Source: Dudresnaya verticillata | Taxonomy: Eukaryota | Assembly: GCA_977862235.1 (NCBI GenBank) | Contig: OZ374564.1 | Location: 186,001-250,000, forward strand | DNA: 64,000 nucleotides | Direction of reading: 5' to 3' | In this document: positions 54,263-64,000 of the stretch, in pieces | Position numbering within the stretch: the first letter of the stretch is position 1 | How the letters are laid out: each line of letters starts with the position of its first letter | Notes under the pieces: generated by a model | The model's database searches: none | Seen by the model: only the letters and a program-made list of their open reading frames with translations | What the model was told of the DNA's origin: nothing | Translations under genes and position numbers: made by a program

Positions 54263-55660
54263 ATGGAGGTCGGACAGCATTATGCGTTTTCCTCGTTTCT
54301 GCTTGCTGTGGCTGAGCACTGTAAGCGGATATCTTTCTCTTTAACAGTACTCAAAGCTTTCATTTTGTACACAATGCTGAGACCATCCCAAGCCGCATCC
54401 GAGTTAAAGGGCACTCACTTTCGAGGATGCACGCTAATAGACGCACCTTACGAGGTCACAAATGAGGAGGCAAGTGGAGGCTTCAGCGGCGTGGCGTTTG
54501 ACTATTTGAACCTCATGAAGAGCAACTTGCGTTTTACATATGATATGAAGCTCTGGAACGACACATTTGATGCCTTCATCAACCACTTGTCTGCACGCAA
54601 CCCTAGTAGCACTGGACCAGACAGATGTGTCTGCGACATTGGCGTAGGCCCATTTGCGACAACCAACCCACGTGTTGAAGGGGTTAGTTTTGTCTCGCCG
54701 TTCGGCAGCGAAAACTATCACATGATTAGTCGCGAATGCACCCCTCTTGCAAATGGCATGTCAAACGCCTGGTTCGCGTTCCAGACATTTTCGACTCAAG
54801 CTTGGCATATCACCCGTGTTGGTGTACTCATGCATGGTTTTGGAACTGTGTTCTGCGGTCCCTTTTATGTTGCAAATCAAGCCTCGACCTTCAGCAGGGT
54901 TGCTTCACGCCAATTTATCTGGAATCTCAAACGTTTTCCAGCAGCTATCCTTTACGGTTACTCTGCCCTCATCAGAAGCCCGCTCGGTACAGTTACCCAG
55001 AACACTCCATCATGTCACAAGACAGCGTATACTGTGTTGGGCTTAACTGCTGGAATGTTTCTCATCACTATCTACGAAGCAAGCCTAACGGCATTGCTAT
55101 TTGAAAGCACCAGAACATCACCATTCAAACAGATATCAGATGTCATGGACTTTGGAAGATCTCCAGAAAGGATTGCTATGGGGGAGAGGGACTGGCGCTC
55201 ACTACTTTTGGAACCTTGCTGTGAACACTTCTGCTCATTGAGCGCTATGTGAGTGGAAAACAACTGGGATCACGGCAAGGGATCTCGAGGAAGGCTTTCA
55301 GCTCCTGAAAGACGGGAAGGTGGGCTATTTTTCGCCCTGGAGGCTAGCGTCCTTTTCCGTGCGCACCTTGAGTGTCCGCTGATTACTGCGGTGGGAGAAC
55401 CGTTCTTTTCAACTTCTCTTGGTTTTGTCATGCCCAAGAATGCTAACAGGATGGTTGTAGGCCTTCTCTCAAGGGATACTCGTTTACTTCGCGAAAAAGA
55501 TGTATTTACTCCCGCAACGGTCGTAGTACAGAGGAATGCTTGCTCTGAAACGAACGACGCAACCTAACTTCTAGTAATTTTTTGAGTTTCCTCATCTTGT
55601 ATGCTGTTCTGTGGTTATTGCTCTTATTGTATCGGATTGTTTTCTTTTAGCGAAAGAAGC
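54263..55660 (+). pseudogene. GLR channel pseudogene (paralog 2)
   Basis: Collinear with the GLR at 29460-31040 (SELK..HFRGC, FSGVA, IYEASLT, VGEPFFSTS) but with frameshifts near 55185, 55330 and 55563 and in-frame stops TGA 55239 and TAG 55648. Confidence 0.88.
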
Positions 55661-57281
55661 AGCTTGCCATAAATAACATTGATGCGGAAACAGGACGGTC
55701 CTGGCAAGGGATCATGGTCCATGGCGTGTCGTCGCATCATGCCATTGTGGCACCGCCTCGTGACAGTGCGACGTTGCCTCGCGGTAGTGTGGCGTCGCCT
55801 CGAAACAGTGAGGCATCTGCCGACACAGTCTGAAGCAACATAGCACCTGCAGACTGTGACTGATGAAAGTGTGTACAACTTCCAAATGCCCGTGTTATGG
55901 AATGAATTAGTCGAACCGGACTGCTGTTGAGCCAACTAATGGGTTGTCCCCGCAAAAAGTTGCAAACAAGATTAACTTGGTAGTGGTACCAAGGATGAAA
56001 GGATTTCCGTGGTACTCTGCATACGTATACTGACGCCACTGAACGCAGTCGGTAGAATAACAGTCAGATTCTACCCTTCATCGGAACAGCAGAGTTGCTT
56101 TGAACCAGTTCTGTTGCAGACGAATAGACCGTGCTTCGGGATTGCGGTTGGGCTTTAAAGTCTGCAAGCTGTTTGACTGGCAAAGAGTTTTGGGGCGACT
56201 GCTGTGAAAAGTTGAGTCGTAGGAAGCTTGCCTAGATGTTCCAGCCAACGCATTGGATGTATACGGGAAACGATTATCGAGCTTCTGCAGGGGATTCATT
56301 TCAGCAATGTTACTCAGCCACAGTACATGCTTTCCTTTGATAAGCAAAGGGTAACAGCTGGTTCGAAACCTTGCAAAGAGCTGGAGGCTTCTCGGTACCC
56401 AAATTATGTGTTTTTGATTGCACGGAAGGGGTTTCGACTGGACCGGGGCGAGAGCGTTCTTCCTGAGACCCCTCGGATTGCGAGAAGCAGCCAAGACGGA
56501 TATTGACTCTCTCTGGTGTCATACAGTCGTCACTTAGCAGGAAGAAAGTTGACGATGTGGAGGTCGTCGCTGTTACCTTTCAGACAGCGATGAGCGCACG
56601 GTTTCTTCCGATCCCGTTGAAGCCCGGCAGCAGTGCGAAGAATTAGTCTCCATACGCGCAAGACTGGTTGCACTAAAAGAAGGATGAATGGCAAATTACC
56701 ACACGACGTCGATATAAATGAGTTGAATAGCATACTCGTAGCAGCATGAAGATGTCCGCTGTGAAGCTCTTCTCTAGCTAGAGCTACATCGTAGTTCATG
56801 GGTTTGGACTTGCATTTCGGAAGCGGGCGTTTCAAACAGGCAGAGGGAAGCGGCTTCCACGACATAAACATCGTGGATCATCTGGGATCTGCCGGATCTG
56901 AGCCAGTCTGCCTGTCAGTCTGTATCCTAAATCCAATTTTCGAGAATTGATTGAAAGTTTGTGCGAACTTTATCAAATATTTATATTTTTTCTAAACTTT
57001 ATTTTCTTTTTCTTGGTTTTTCTTCTTTCTTCAGCGCCGTCAAAGAGATCTACACGTTGCCCTAAAACAAGAGCCTATCCGTATCGACGGCGCCCATCGC
57101 GATCAGTTGCGGGCGTATGTTCACTCCCCGTCGGCGTCCATCCCGTCCGGTCTCTTGATCACTGCAAGTTTCGCCCTTCCTCCCCCTCCCCTTCCCTCCC
57201 CTTTTGCAGTTCTCCCCCCACGCTTCCCAAGGCTTTCGGCTTTGTTGCAGACTCGTTTTTTCGTGAAGCGCTCCTGCAACC

Positions 57282-58437
57282 ATGGTCGCCGCTGCCACCC
57301 CCATTACGCCCCGTGAGGAGGATGTCTCCAAGATGCTTAAGTGCAACACGCACCTCGGCACGAAGAACTGCGATGTTCTTATGGAGCCCTACGTCTTCAA
57401 GCGCCGCTTTGATGGTATGTGTTGTGTTTCTCATGCGAAATTTCCCGATCGAGGCGAACGAAGACTTGCTAGCTCGGCGCGAGGCGTGAAGAGGTGAGGC
57501 ACTTGCAGCACCCATACTAACCCACGCATTTTCGCGCACTCTCCATGCTCGCGTGTCTGGGTGACTTTTTGTCGTCTTGATGTGAGTAGGTGTTCACCTC
57601 ATCAACATTGCGACTACCTACGACAAGATCATGCTCGCCGCTCGAGTGATCGCCGCCATCGACAATCCTGCGGATGTCGTCGCGGTATCTGCGCGTCCGT
57701 ATGGCCAGCGTGCTGTCCTCAAGTTCTCGCACTATACTGGTTGTCAGGCTATTGCTGGGCGTTGGACTCCAGGCCAGCTTACGAACCAGATCCAGAAGAA
57801 GTTCCAGGAGCCGCGCCTTCTTGTCGTCACCGACCCGCGCACGGATGCCCAGGCTATCACTGAGGCGTCGTACTGCAACATCCCAACCATTGCCTTCTGC
57901 GACACCGACAGCCCACTGCGCTACATCGACATTGCTATCCCTGCTAACAACAAGGCCAAGCATTCTGTGGCTCTCTTGTGGTGGCTGCTCGCGCGCGAGG
58001 TCCTGTACCTTCGCGGAACCATGCCGCGTTCCACCCCGTGGGACGTCATGGTTGATCTCTTCTTCTATCGTGACCCGGAGGAGCTCGACAAGGCTGAGGA
58101 AGCTGCCGCCGCCGTCAGCACCGCACTGCCGACCGTACAGCCGACCGCGTATGATGCCACCGCTCTTGGAGACCCGGCCGCGTTCACTGCGGCTGCCGAT
58201 CCGGCCGACTGGGGTACCGCCCCGGCCGCGACAGAGGATTGGGACCCGGCGAGCGCCCCGGCTGCTACAATGGAGAACTGGGCGGCTCCCGCCCCAGAGG
58301 TCCCCATGGCTCCCGTACCCGCGCCGGCTGCTGCCCCGACCGGAGAGCAGTCTTGGGATATTGGTGGTGCGCCAGCGGCGGCTCCGGCTCCGCCAGCCCC
58401 TGCACCAGGGGCCTACCCGCCGCAGCAGCAGTATTAG
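57282..58437 (+). CDS. RPSA: 40S ribosomal protein SA / uS2 (exons 57282-57414 and 57590-58437)
   Basis: [62 protein letters not shown]-terminal (E/A)DW repeats. Confidence 0.97.
57415..57589 (+). other. Spliceosomal intron of RPSA (175 nt, phase 1)
   Basis: GTATGT donor, TACTAAC at 57515-57521, TAG acceptor; splicing restores conserved FDGVHLIN. Confidence 0.92.
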
Positions 58438-59019
58438 GAGATGTCGGCTGTTCGTCGGTAACTGTATTGCACGTGTTGATGTGGTAAAGTTTGGCCTTGG
58501 ATTGGTGTAGATATTTGTGCTCTTTGCCCTCGCTGGCCTCTTTGTCAGTGGGCTATCCTCTGTGCTGCGGGACTGCCCTCCTCTAACGCCCCACAATCAG
58601 TTGCGACCAACGTTGGCAAAGATCCTAATTACAACATGCTGCAGTCCTTGCTAATGCTTATCTGAGACAGCCATGTCCGTACTAGCTAGAGTTGAAAGCG
58701 TTCATGTGGGTCCAGAGAGCTGTCATGCGAGTAAAACTGTCGTGCAGGAGTTACGGGCACTCACGCATACCCTGAGAGCAACTGCCCATGTTCTCGAAGC
58801 TTTGCGATGCTGGGCAGGTGCAAAGCTGGTAATGGTTTTGTATGCATTTTGCGGGATGTATGGTTTTTGGGCTGAAAACAAGCTAGTGTCTTCCAACGTT
58901 TGCGCTGTTCGCGACGAATGCTATGTAAGTTTCACTCAACAACGATCCTCTCCCTTCACCCTTGCGTATCACAGTATCAAGACCCAAGTCGACCGTCCTT
59001 CTTTCCTGGAGTGCTCATC

Positions 59020-60159
59020 ATGTCGACCCACACGAAACCGCAGGCAACCTTCCGAGAGATGGCCGACGCATACGTGCTCTCCACGGTGCTAACCTACAGC
59101 GCGATCAGGGCCGTGCACCCGTTCTCCCGCGGACTACTCGCAACACTGGCATCTACCGTGCTCTTCCTCAATTCTCACTACCTTTACGCGCCGATACACC
59201 CGCCGTCAACGGTGCTGGGGCTGATAGTCCTGCTCCTGCCGCTGTTCCCAAGGCAGTCGGAACGCGTGCTGAACCAAGTACAGTCTGCACTGGCCACGAC
59301 GCCGCACGTGTTCGTCGAGGCGCTTGTGGCGTTCTTTCTGCTAGGCAAGTTCCTCCAGCTGACGATTATCCAGCCTCTACAACAAGCGCGCGCAGAACGG
59401 CTGGCGACAGCGCCCATCGCGGTGCAGGCCGAGGCGGCGCGGCCCGAAATCATATCCGCGTCTGCCGCGGCGCGCGCGCCGCCCTCGGCCGGGGCGGCTT
59501 CGGCTGCGGAGGCGCGCAGGATGGCGCGGCGCGCGCTGCGGCCGGCTGAGGACGAGGCTGCCGGGGCTGACGAGACGCGCGCGCGGACAGTGACGGCGGA
59601 AGCAGCAGCCGTCGCTGCGGCGGCGCGCGCGGAGGCTGCGAGCGCAGCCGAGAGCCGGGCAGTGCGGGGTGCTGGGGCACTCGCGGCGCGCGCGGCGCCG
59701 GCGACGCGGGGGCGCAGGAGGCAGACGCAGTCGCAGCGCGTGGCGGCGGAGATCATGCAGCGGCGCGCGGCGGAGGACGCGGCGCGCGCGGAGGCGGTTG
59801 CGCGCGCGCAGGCGGCGGCGGCGGCGGCGTCGGCGGCGGCGCGCGCGGAGCGCGAGGCGCGCGAGGCGCGGCGCGCGGCGCTGGTGGACGGGGTGCAGGC
59901 GGCCGTGCGCGGCGTGGCGGCGGCGAAGAAGCGGCTTGCTGCGGCGATGATCGAGGCGGACAAGGCGCGGCAGTGGCGCAGACGCGCCGGGGATCAGGTG
60001 CGGATTCAGGCGAGCGAGCGGAACGCGGAGGAGCTGGATAGGGCGTGCGACGCTGCGGCGCGCATGGAGATGGCGGAGCAGGCCGCGCTGGACGAGGTGA
60101 ATGCGGCGCAGGGGCGGCTCGTCGAGATGCGCGACCGACTCAACCGGTTCGAGCGGTGA
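59020..60159 (+). CDS. Hypothetical protein: N-terminal TM segments, Ala-rich coiled-coil C-terminus
   Basis: 379 aa from ATG 59020; 3-4 hydrophobic segments then an A/E/R-rich helix; strong GC3 bias. Confidence 0.65.
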   Translation: MSTHTKPQATFREMADAYVLSTVLTYSAIRAVHPFSRGLLATLASTVLFLNSHYLYAPIHPPSTVLGLIVLLLPLFPRQSERVLNQVQSALATTPHVFVEALVAFFLLGKFLQLTIIQPLQQARAERLATAPIAVQAEAARPEIISASAAARAPPSAGAASAAEARRMARRALRPAEDEAAGADETRARTVTAEAAAVAAAARAEAASAAESRAVRGAGALAARAAPATRGRRRQTQSQRVAAEIMQRRAAEDAARAEAVARAQAAAAAASAAARAEREAREARRAALVDGVQAAVRGVAAAKKRLAAAMIEADKARQWRRRAGDQVRIQASERNAEELDRACDAAARMEMAEQAALDEVNAAQGRLVEMRDRLNRFER

Positions 60160-60297
60160 AGCCGTCGAAGTTGTCGCGGCGGTGGTGCCTTCCTTTCCGT
60201 TTCTTCTCCGGCGCGGCTCAACCGCTTCGAGCGGTAGAGTCATTATCGAAGTTGTCTCGGCGGTGGTACTTTCCTTTCCGCTTCTTCTCCGCCGAGT
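60139..60297. repeat. Imperfect tandem duplication (about 78-81 bp x2) spanning a stop codon
   Basis: CTCAACCGgTTCGAGCGGT...TCGAAGTTGTC.CGGCGGTGGT..TTCCTTTCCG.TTCTTCTCCG begins at 60139 and again at 60217. Confidence 0.88.
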
Positions 60298-60578
60298 CTC
60301 CAGCTTGGAGCCGAAAGCGCTCCTTCTCTTCCGCAACCAATGGGATTCGTCGAACGCCGCGCCGTGGCCATTGCTGCCAATCCGCATTCACTGCACGTGG
60401 CCACGTGGCAGCCCGGCTGCGTTGCTGGCCACCGCACCGCGCCCAACGGAAGGCGCAACGAATAAACAAACCGTGTCCCCGTCGCATCGCATTGTCGCAT
60501 TGCCCGCCGCCGCCGTCTACCATCATACAGCCTCCCTCCCCCGCCCCACCGCCGATCCCAACCATCGCGCCCAACCCA

Positions 60579-62315
60579 ATGGACGATCCGTCCGCCCCCG
60601 TCGCCGCCGCCTCGGCGGAGGCCGAGGCCGCGCCGCAGCCGCCGCCAGCCGCAGCCGCCGCGAAGAGCCGCGCCGACATGACCGACGAGGAAAAGAAGCG
60701 CCTGAAGGACGCGAAGAAGGCCGCCAAGGAAGCCGCCAAGCGCGAGAAGGCGGAGCGGAAGGCCGCAGCCGCGCGCGCCGCCGCAGACGCTCTGGCAGAG
60801 GCACACGCCCTCGTCTCCGGCATCGAGTACCTCTCGGTCGCCGACGAGCCCGCCTCCGCCTACGGCTCGTACCGCGTCATTCAGAGCAAGTGCCCGCCGG
60901 AGGGCTCCGGTCGCGTCTTCCACGCCTTTGCAGACCTCCCACAACTCCCGCTTGCCGACCGCGTCTGGGTCCGCGCACGAGTCCACAAGGCCGTCTTCAC
61001 CGCCCACGTCGCTTTTGTCACGCTGCGTCAGGCGCTTGACACCGTGCAGGCAGTACTTGAAGGCAAGGATCTGCTCAAGTGGGCCCGGAAGAACCTGTCT
61101 GCGGAGAGCATTGTCGACATCTATGCCAGTCTGCGCACCCCGGAGGGCGGCCGTGTGGAAAAGTGCTCCGTGAGTACGGTTGAGCTTGCCGCGGAGAAGG
61201 TCTACATCGTGTCCCGCGCAGACGACAAGCTCCCGCTCACACTGGATGACGCCGCACGTCCTCTGGTGGAGGCAGAGCCTATGGAGGAGGACGGCGAGCA
61301 CCCGGCCGGGCCGCGCGTCACGCGCGACACCCGTCTGGACGCCCGCATTGTCGATCTGCGCGCCCCGCCGCATGGAAGTCTGATGCGTCTGCAGAGTGGC
61401 GTGTGCCAGCTGTACCGTGAGCACCTGTACTCGCAAGGCTTCACGGAGATACACTCGCCCAAGCTCATTGCAGGCGCCTCTGAAGGCGGCTCGGATGTGT
61501 TTGAGCTCAGCTACTTTGGCAGGAAGTCTTGCCTGGCGCAGAGCCCGCAGCTGTACAAGCAGATGGCCATCTGCGCGGATTTTAAGAGAGTCTTCGAGAT
61601 CGGACCTGTTTTTCGCGCGGAGAAGAGCGACACGCATCGTCATTTGTGTGAGTTCACGGGGCTGGATCTGGAGATGGAGATCCATGAGCATTATAATGAG
61701 ATTCTGGACTTGCTTGACGGGGTGTTTGTTGCTATCTTTGATGGACTTGAGAAGCGGTTCGGCAAGCAACTGGAAGTTGTGCGCTCAAAGTGGAGCGTGC
61801 CCAAGTTCAAGTACTGGCAAGGCAAGAAGCAGTTGCGGCTTAAGTGGCCCGAGGCGATCGCGATGCTGCGCGAGGCTGGGGTGGAGATTGGGGACTTTGA
61901 CGACATCAACACTGAGAAGGAGAAGCTGCTGGGACGGCTGGTACGCGACAAGTATGACACTGACTTTTACATGCTGACGCACTTCCCGTCTGCTATCCGA
62001 CCGTTCTACACAATGGTCGACCCGAACGACAGTAACTACTCGAATTCGTACGATCTTTTCATGAGGGGCGAGGAGATTGTTTCCGGTGCGCAACGAATTC
62101 ACGACGTCGAGCTGCTCAACGTGCGAGCCAAGGCTATGCTTGGCGAGGAGGGCGTTGCGTCGATCAAGGACTATGTGGACGCGTTCCGGTTTGGTGCCCC
62201 GCCGCACGGTGGCGCTGGTATTGGTCTCGAACGAGTGCTTATGCTCTACCTCGGCATCGAGAATATCAGAGAGTGTTCTCTCTTCCCGCGTGACCCGCGG
62301 CGCCTAACTCCATAG
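60579..62315 (+). CDS. DARS: Aspartyl-tRNA synthetase, cytosolic eukaryotic type
   Basis: ASEGG, LAQSPQLYKQ, FRAEKSDTHRHLCEF (motif 2), RPFYTM, EEIVSGAQRIH, GIGLERV (motif 3), FPRDP.RL.P; Lys-rich N-terminal helix. ATG 60579. Confidence 0.96.
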   Translation: MDDPSAPVAAASAEAEAAPQPPPAAAAAKSRADMTDEEKKRLKDAKKAAKEAAKREKAERKAAAARAAADALAEAHALVSGIEYLSVADEPASAYGSYRVIQSKCPPEGSGRVFHAFADLPQLPLADRVWVRARVHKAVFTAHVAFVTLRQALDTVQAVLEGKDLLKWARKNLSAESIVDIYASLRTPEGGRVEKCSVSTVELAAEKVYIVSRADDKLPLTLDDAARPLVEAEPMEEDGEHPAGPRVTRDTRLDARIVDLRAPPHGSLMRLQSGVCQLYREHLYSQGFTEIHSPKLIAGASEGGSDVFELSYFGRKSCLAQSPQLYKQMAICADFKRVFEIGPVFRAEKSDTHRHLCEFTGLDLEMEIHEHYNEILDLLDGVFVAIFDGLEKRFGKQLEVVRSKWSVPKFKYWQGKKQLRLKWPEAIAMLREAGVEIGDFDDINTEKEKLLGRLVRDKYDTDFYMLTHFPSAIRPFYTMVDPNDSNYSNSYDLFMRGEEIVSGAQRIHDVELLNVRAKAMLGEEGVASIKDYVDAFRFGAPPHGGAGIGLERVLMLYLGIENIRECSLFPRDPRRLTP

Positions 62316-62736
62316 TTTGAGATACTCTGCTAATAAAAAGTGACCAAAAGTGCTGCTTGCCGCGTACACAATTGATGTGAAATGGATGATGCGCTGCGGC
62401 ACAAGGGCTTTTCAAAACACGCAAGGTATCATAAAAGTTCCGCTACGTTACCTAATCGGAGCACGCGCAGAAGCCGGCAGAGGAGTGGAGCCCAAGGTTT
62501 GGCTGGCGCAGGTTTCGGAGCAACAAGTCTAGCGAATGTTCTCACTTTCTCGTATCGATGACGCCACTTGCACAGCGCTTACAGAAGATGGAACGCGCGA
62601 CGAGTTGGGATGTTCCAGATGCTCGAGTCATCAATCGATGAGAGATTTGCCCATTTACTGCTGTTTCTACACTCGAAACAAACGAGCGGAAAGATAGTTT
62701 ACAAGGATTAGCATGCATTACGATAATAGTCATCAG

Positions 62737-64000
62737 TTAGGCGTATCGAGGGGAAGGGACATTTCGGGGCCGAGGCGATCCAGGGTAGTGCGGGGGAGGC
62801 ACCTGCCGTCGTGCAAATTCATCAAATGGGTCAAACACGTCGTCCGGTGTCGTCAAGCCGGTAATACCCCTAGTGGGCATGGAGTGCATATTCATTACGA
62901 CGATATCACCGTCGTTACTTGGCCGGTCATGCCCCGGCTTTATCGGCTTTCGCTTTCTCCTCCAGAGGAAGACGCATCGGTATAGCAGGAGCGCACTCCA
63001 GAGCGTTGCGTACAGCACAAAGATGGCCCACAGCTTGCCCGACGTGACGGTCGCGTCCACCACGGCATCGCAGGATGACCGCGCGGCGATCAACCGCGCA
63101 GTCGGGTACCCGTCCTGCTCCCTGAGCACGCGCGTGGTCCGAGAGAGCCAGTCGTACACGCTGCCGCTGCTGATGTCTGCCGACTTGGGCATGACAAAGG
63201 CGACGGCCGTGGAAAAGAACGGCTCGCCAACGGGCTCAAAGTCCTCGCAGTTTCGATTGGAGCGAACTAGGACGCTACCCTCGAGCGAGTAGAAATAGTC
63301 GGCGCGCCGGTCGAGCACGGCAGCAAAGCCTTCCTCCAGGTTGGGCACGGTCATGCCGACGGTGCTCCAGGTCGGGCACTTGCGGCGGTTCTCCGTGGTG
63401 TTGACAGCACTGTTCCAAAAGTCCTGCGACGCGCCGCCCTGAATGATGGCCACCTTCTCGGGCGACACGGCGCAGTCCTTGATATCATTGAGTGTCCTAA
63501 AGGGCGAGGTCTTGGTGCTCTCAAAGAGCAGCACGGTTAGACTGGCCTCGTACACGGTGAGCAAGAACAGGCCTGTGGTGACGCCGAGCACGAGCCAGGC
63601 ACTGCGATGAAAGGACGGGGTGCCCTGCGCACGCTCACCAAACGGGTGCCCGATGAGATGGGCATAGGCGAAGAGCAGCGCGGCCGGGAAGCGCTTGATC
63701 TGCCAGCAGATGTTGGCAAGGCGCGACGCCTGCTGTGGGTCGGGGTCGAGCTGGTCGGGTTGCTGGCCCGGCGGACGGAACGGGCCGAAGAAGACGGTAC
63801 CGACTGCGTGCATGAAGACGCCAAGGGCGATGATGAACCAGACCTCGGGCGAGAAGGTCTTGAAGACAAACCAGGTGTTCTGCGAGTCGTCGATGCGCAG
63901 GTCTGCCTTTCGCGAGACCATATTGTGCGCCTCATTGCTGAACGGGGCGACAAAGTGGATGGCCTCGGCGCGCTGGTTGGTCATGGTGAACGAGCCGACG
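62737..64000 (-). CDS. GLR channel paralog 3 (5' end outside the window)
   Basis: Frame is open to the window edge (VGSFTMTNQR); WFVFKTFSPEVW, VYEASLTVLLFESTKTSPF, CEDFEPVGEPFFST closely match paralog 1. Confidence 0.87.
   Translation of the reverse strand, partial: VGSFTMTNQRAEAIHFVAPFSNEAHNMVSRKADLRIDDSQNTWFVFKTFSPEVWFIIALGVFMHAVGTVFFGPFRPPGQQPDQLDPDPQQASRLANICWQIKRFPAALLFAYAHLIGHPFGERAQGTPSFHRSAWLVLGVTTGLFLLTVYEASLTVLLFESTKTSPFRTLNDIKDCAVSPEKVAIIQGGASQDFWNSAVNTTENRRKCPTWSTVGMTVPNLEEGFAAVLDRRADYFYSLEGSVLVRSNRNCEDFEPVGEPFFSTAVAFVMPKSADISSGSVYDWLSRTTRVLREQDGYPTARLIAARSSCDAVVDATVTSGKLWAIFVLYATLWSALLLYRCVFLWRRKRKPIKPGHDRPSNDGDIVVMNMHSMPTRGITGLTTPDDVFDPFDEFARRQVPPPHYPGSPRPRNVPSPRYA

Noticed and set aside
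56300..56380. B-box-like GGTTCGAAACC suggesting a tRNA
   Set aside because: No proper T stem, acceptor stem or D arm can be folded.
57415..57589. Intron-encoded snoRNA in RPSA
   Set aside because: No convincing C/D or H/ACA box arrangement seen.
60139..60297. CRISPR-like array
   Set aside because: Only two long adjacent copies, no unique spacers, no cas genes, eukaryotic context.

Overview
Eukaryotic, gene-dense, almost intron-free nuclear DNA. The style (GC-rich single-exon genes, rare short GT-AG introns with CTAAC/TACTAAC branch points) suggests a multicellular red alga; this is inference. About 20 protein-coding loci are supported: histidine acid phosphatase, Argonaute, adrenodoxin reductase, aspartate aminotransferase, a membrane protein, retinoblastoma-related protein, a DUF726/TMCO4 protein, nicastrin, RPAP1, three glutamate-receptor-like channel paralogs (one a pseudogene, one cut by the window edge), CDC16/APC6, an FKBP-like/TPR protein, a PI3K-like protein, a cyclin-fold protein, a TIR-containing Raf-like kinase, ribosomal uS2/RPSA, cytosolic AspRS and two unknown ORFs. 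No tRNA, rRNA, CRISPR array or intact transposon was seen. The most striking locus encodes a predicted N-myristoylated protein with a macrodomain-like region, a TIR domain and a Raf-like kinase in one chain (43178-45910), downstream of an ~8 kb gene-free region rich in non-B-DNA motifs. Also notable: a DUF726 hydrolase fused to an Hsp70 substrate-binding-like domain, an Argonaute lacking two slicer aspartates, a PI3K-like pseudokinase, short GLR channels without an N-terminal domain, and a perfect 30-bp intergenic hairpin. All family calls come from motif recognition by eye; no searches were run.
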